The notes under the pieces were generated by a model that ran no database searches, was not told the DNA's origin, and was given only the letters and a program-made list of their open reading frames with translations. Source: an uncultured Deferribacteres bacterium (GTDB lineage Bacteria > Zhuqueibacterota > Zhuqueibacteria > Zhuqueibacterales > Geothermadaptataceae). From it: 35,833 bases of DNA. Below are positions 35,659 to 35,833 of this stretch, piece after piece; position 1 is the stretch's first letter, and each line of letters opens with the position of its first letter. The stretch spans positions 1-35,833 of the forward strand of contig CAXHAT010000072.1 of the NCBI GenBank assembly GCA_964014485.1, read 5' to 3'. The position numbers and the translations under genes were made by a program.

Positions 35659-35833
35659 TTTCGATAAAAGTCCCCGACAAAGGTTTCTGATTCTGTCAAC
35701 TCTTCGCACGCCTTGTCCAACTGCTCGAAAGCGTGGGCGAACCGTGTGCTAAAGGCGTCGTTCGCGGCCTTGCTCTCCCAGTTATCCACGGTCATATATT
35801 CCAGCGGATCGGATTGGCTCTGCAGAAGCTCGG
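35655..35833 (-). CDS. Antibiotic biosynthesis monooxygenase (ABM)-like protein, 3' part only
   Basis: Manual translation ELLQSQSDPLEYMTVDNWESKAANDAFSTRFAHAFEQLDKACEELTESETFVGDFYRK*; not in the ORF track; stop overlaps next ATG. Confidence 0.7.
   Translation of the reverse strand, partial: ELLQSQSDPLEYMTVDNWESKAANDAFSTRFAHAFEQLDKACEELTESETFVGDFYRK

Noticed and set aside
35659..35709. N-terminal extension of the NHL protein
   Set aside because: Overlaps the upstream ABM-like gene; the ATGA overlap and signal peptide support a start at 35658
1..35833. Diversity-generating retroelement or retron explaining permease variability
   Set aside because: No reverse transcriptase and no template/variable repeat pair with adenine-specific mismatches seen

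Overview
Bacterial window, probably from the FCB superphylum (KSB1/Calditrichota-like; inferred from a C-terminal 'QNYPNPFNP' + FlgD-Ig sorting domain and ~800-aa double FtsX/MacB permeases). Its backbone is six paralogous, co-oriented (minus strand) MacB/FtsX-type ABC permease genes. No ATPase subunit, adaptor or TolC gene is present in the window. Every gap between permeases holds different cargo: a polysaccharide deacetylase-serine hydrolase fusion, two AAA_14-DUF4143 ATPases, an AbrB-VapC pair whose toxin has a Zn-ribbon insertion, a membrane-anchored AraC regulator facing four secreted DUF1579-like proteins, and a Fic protein. Most cargo blocks end tail-to-tail within 2-26 bp of a permease stop codon. 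The left flank has a partial WD40-Roc-COR-TIR (Roco) gene, a vapBC pair and a frameshifted Tat-signal DUF3500-like gene. The right flank has a pentapeptide-repeat gene, a DUF6265-like gene, an AraC gene, an NHL/beta-propeller secreted protein and a partial ABM-like gene. Several intergenic palindromic or MITE-like elements occur, including two inverted copies of one repeat family. No rRNA, tRNA, CRISPR array, integrase or transposase was seen. Family assignments come from motif recognition by eye, not database searches.
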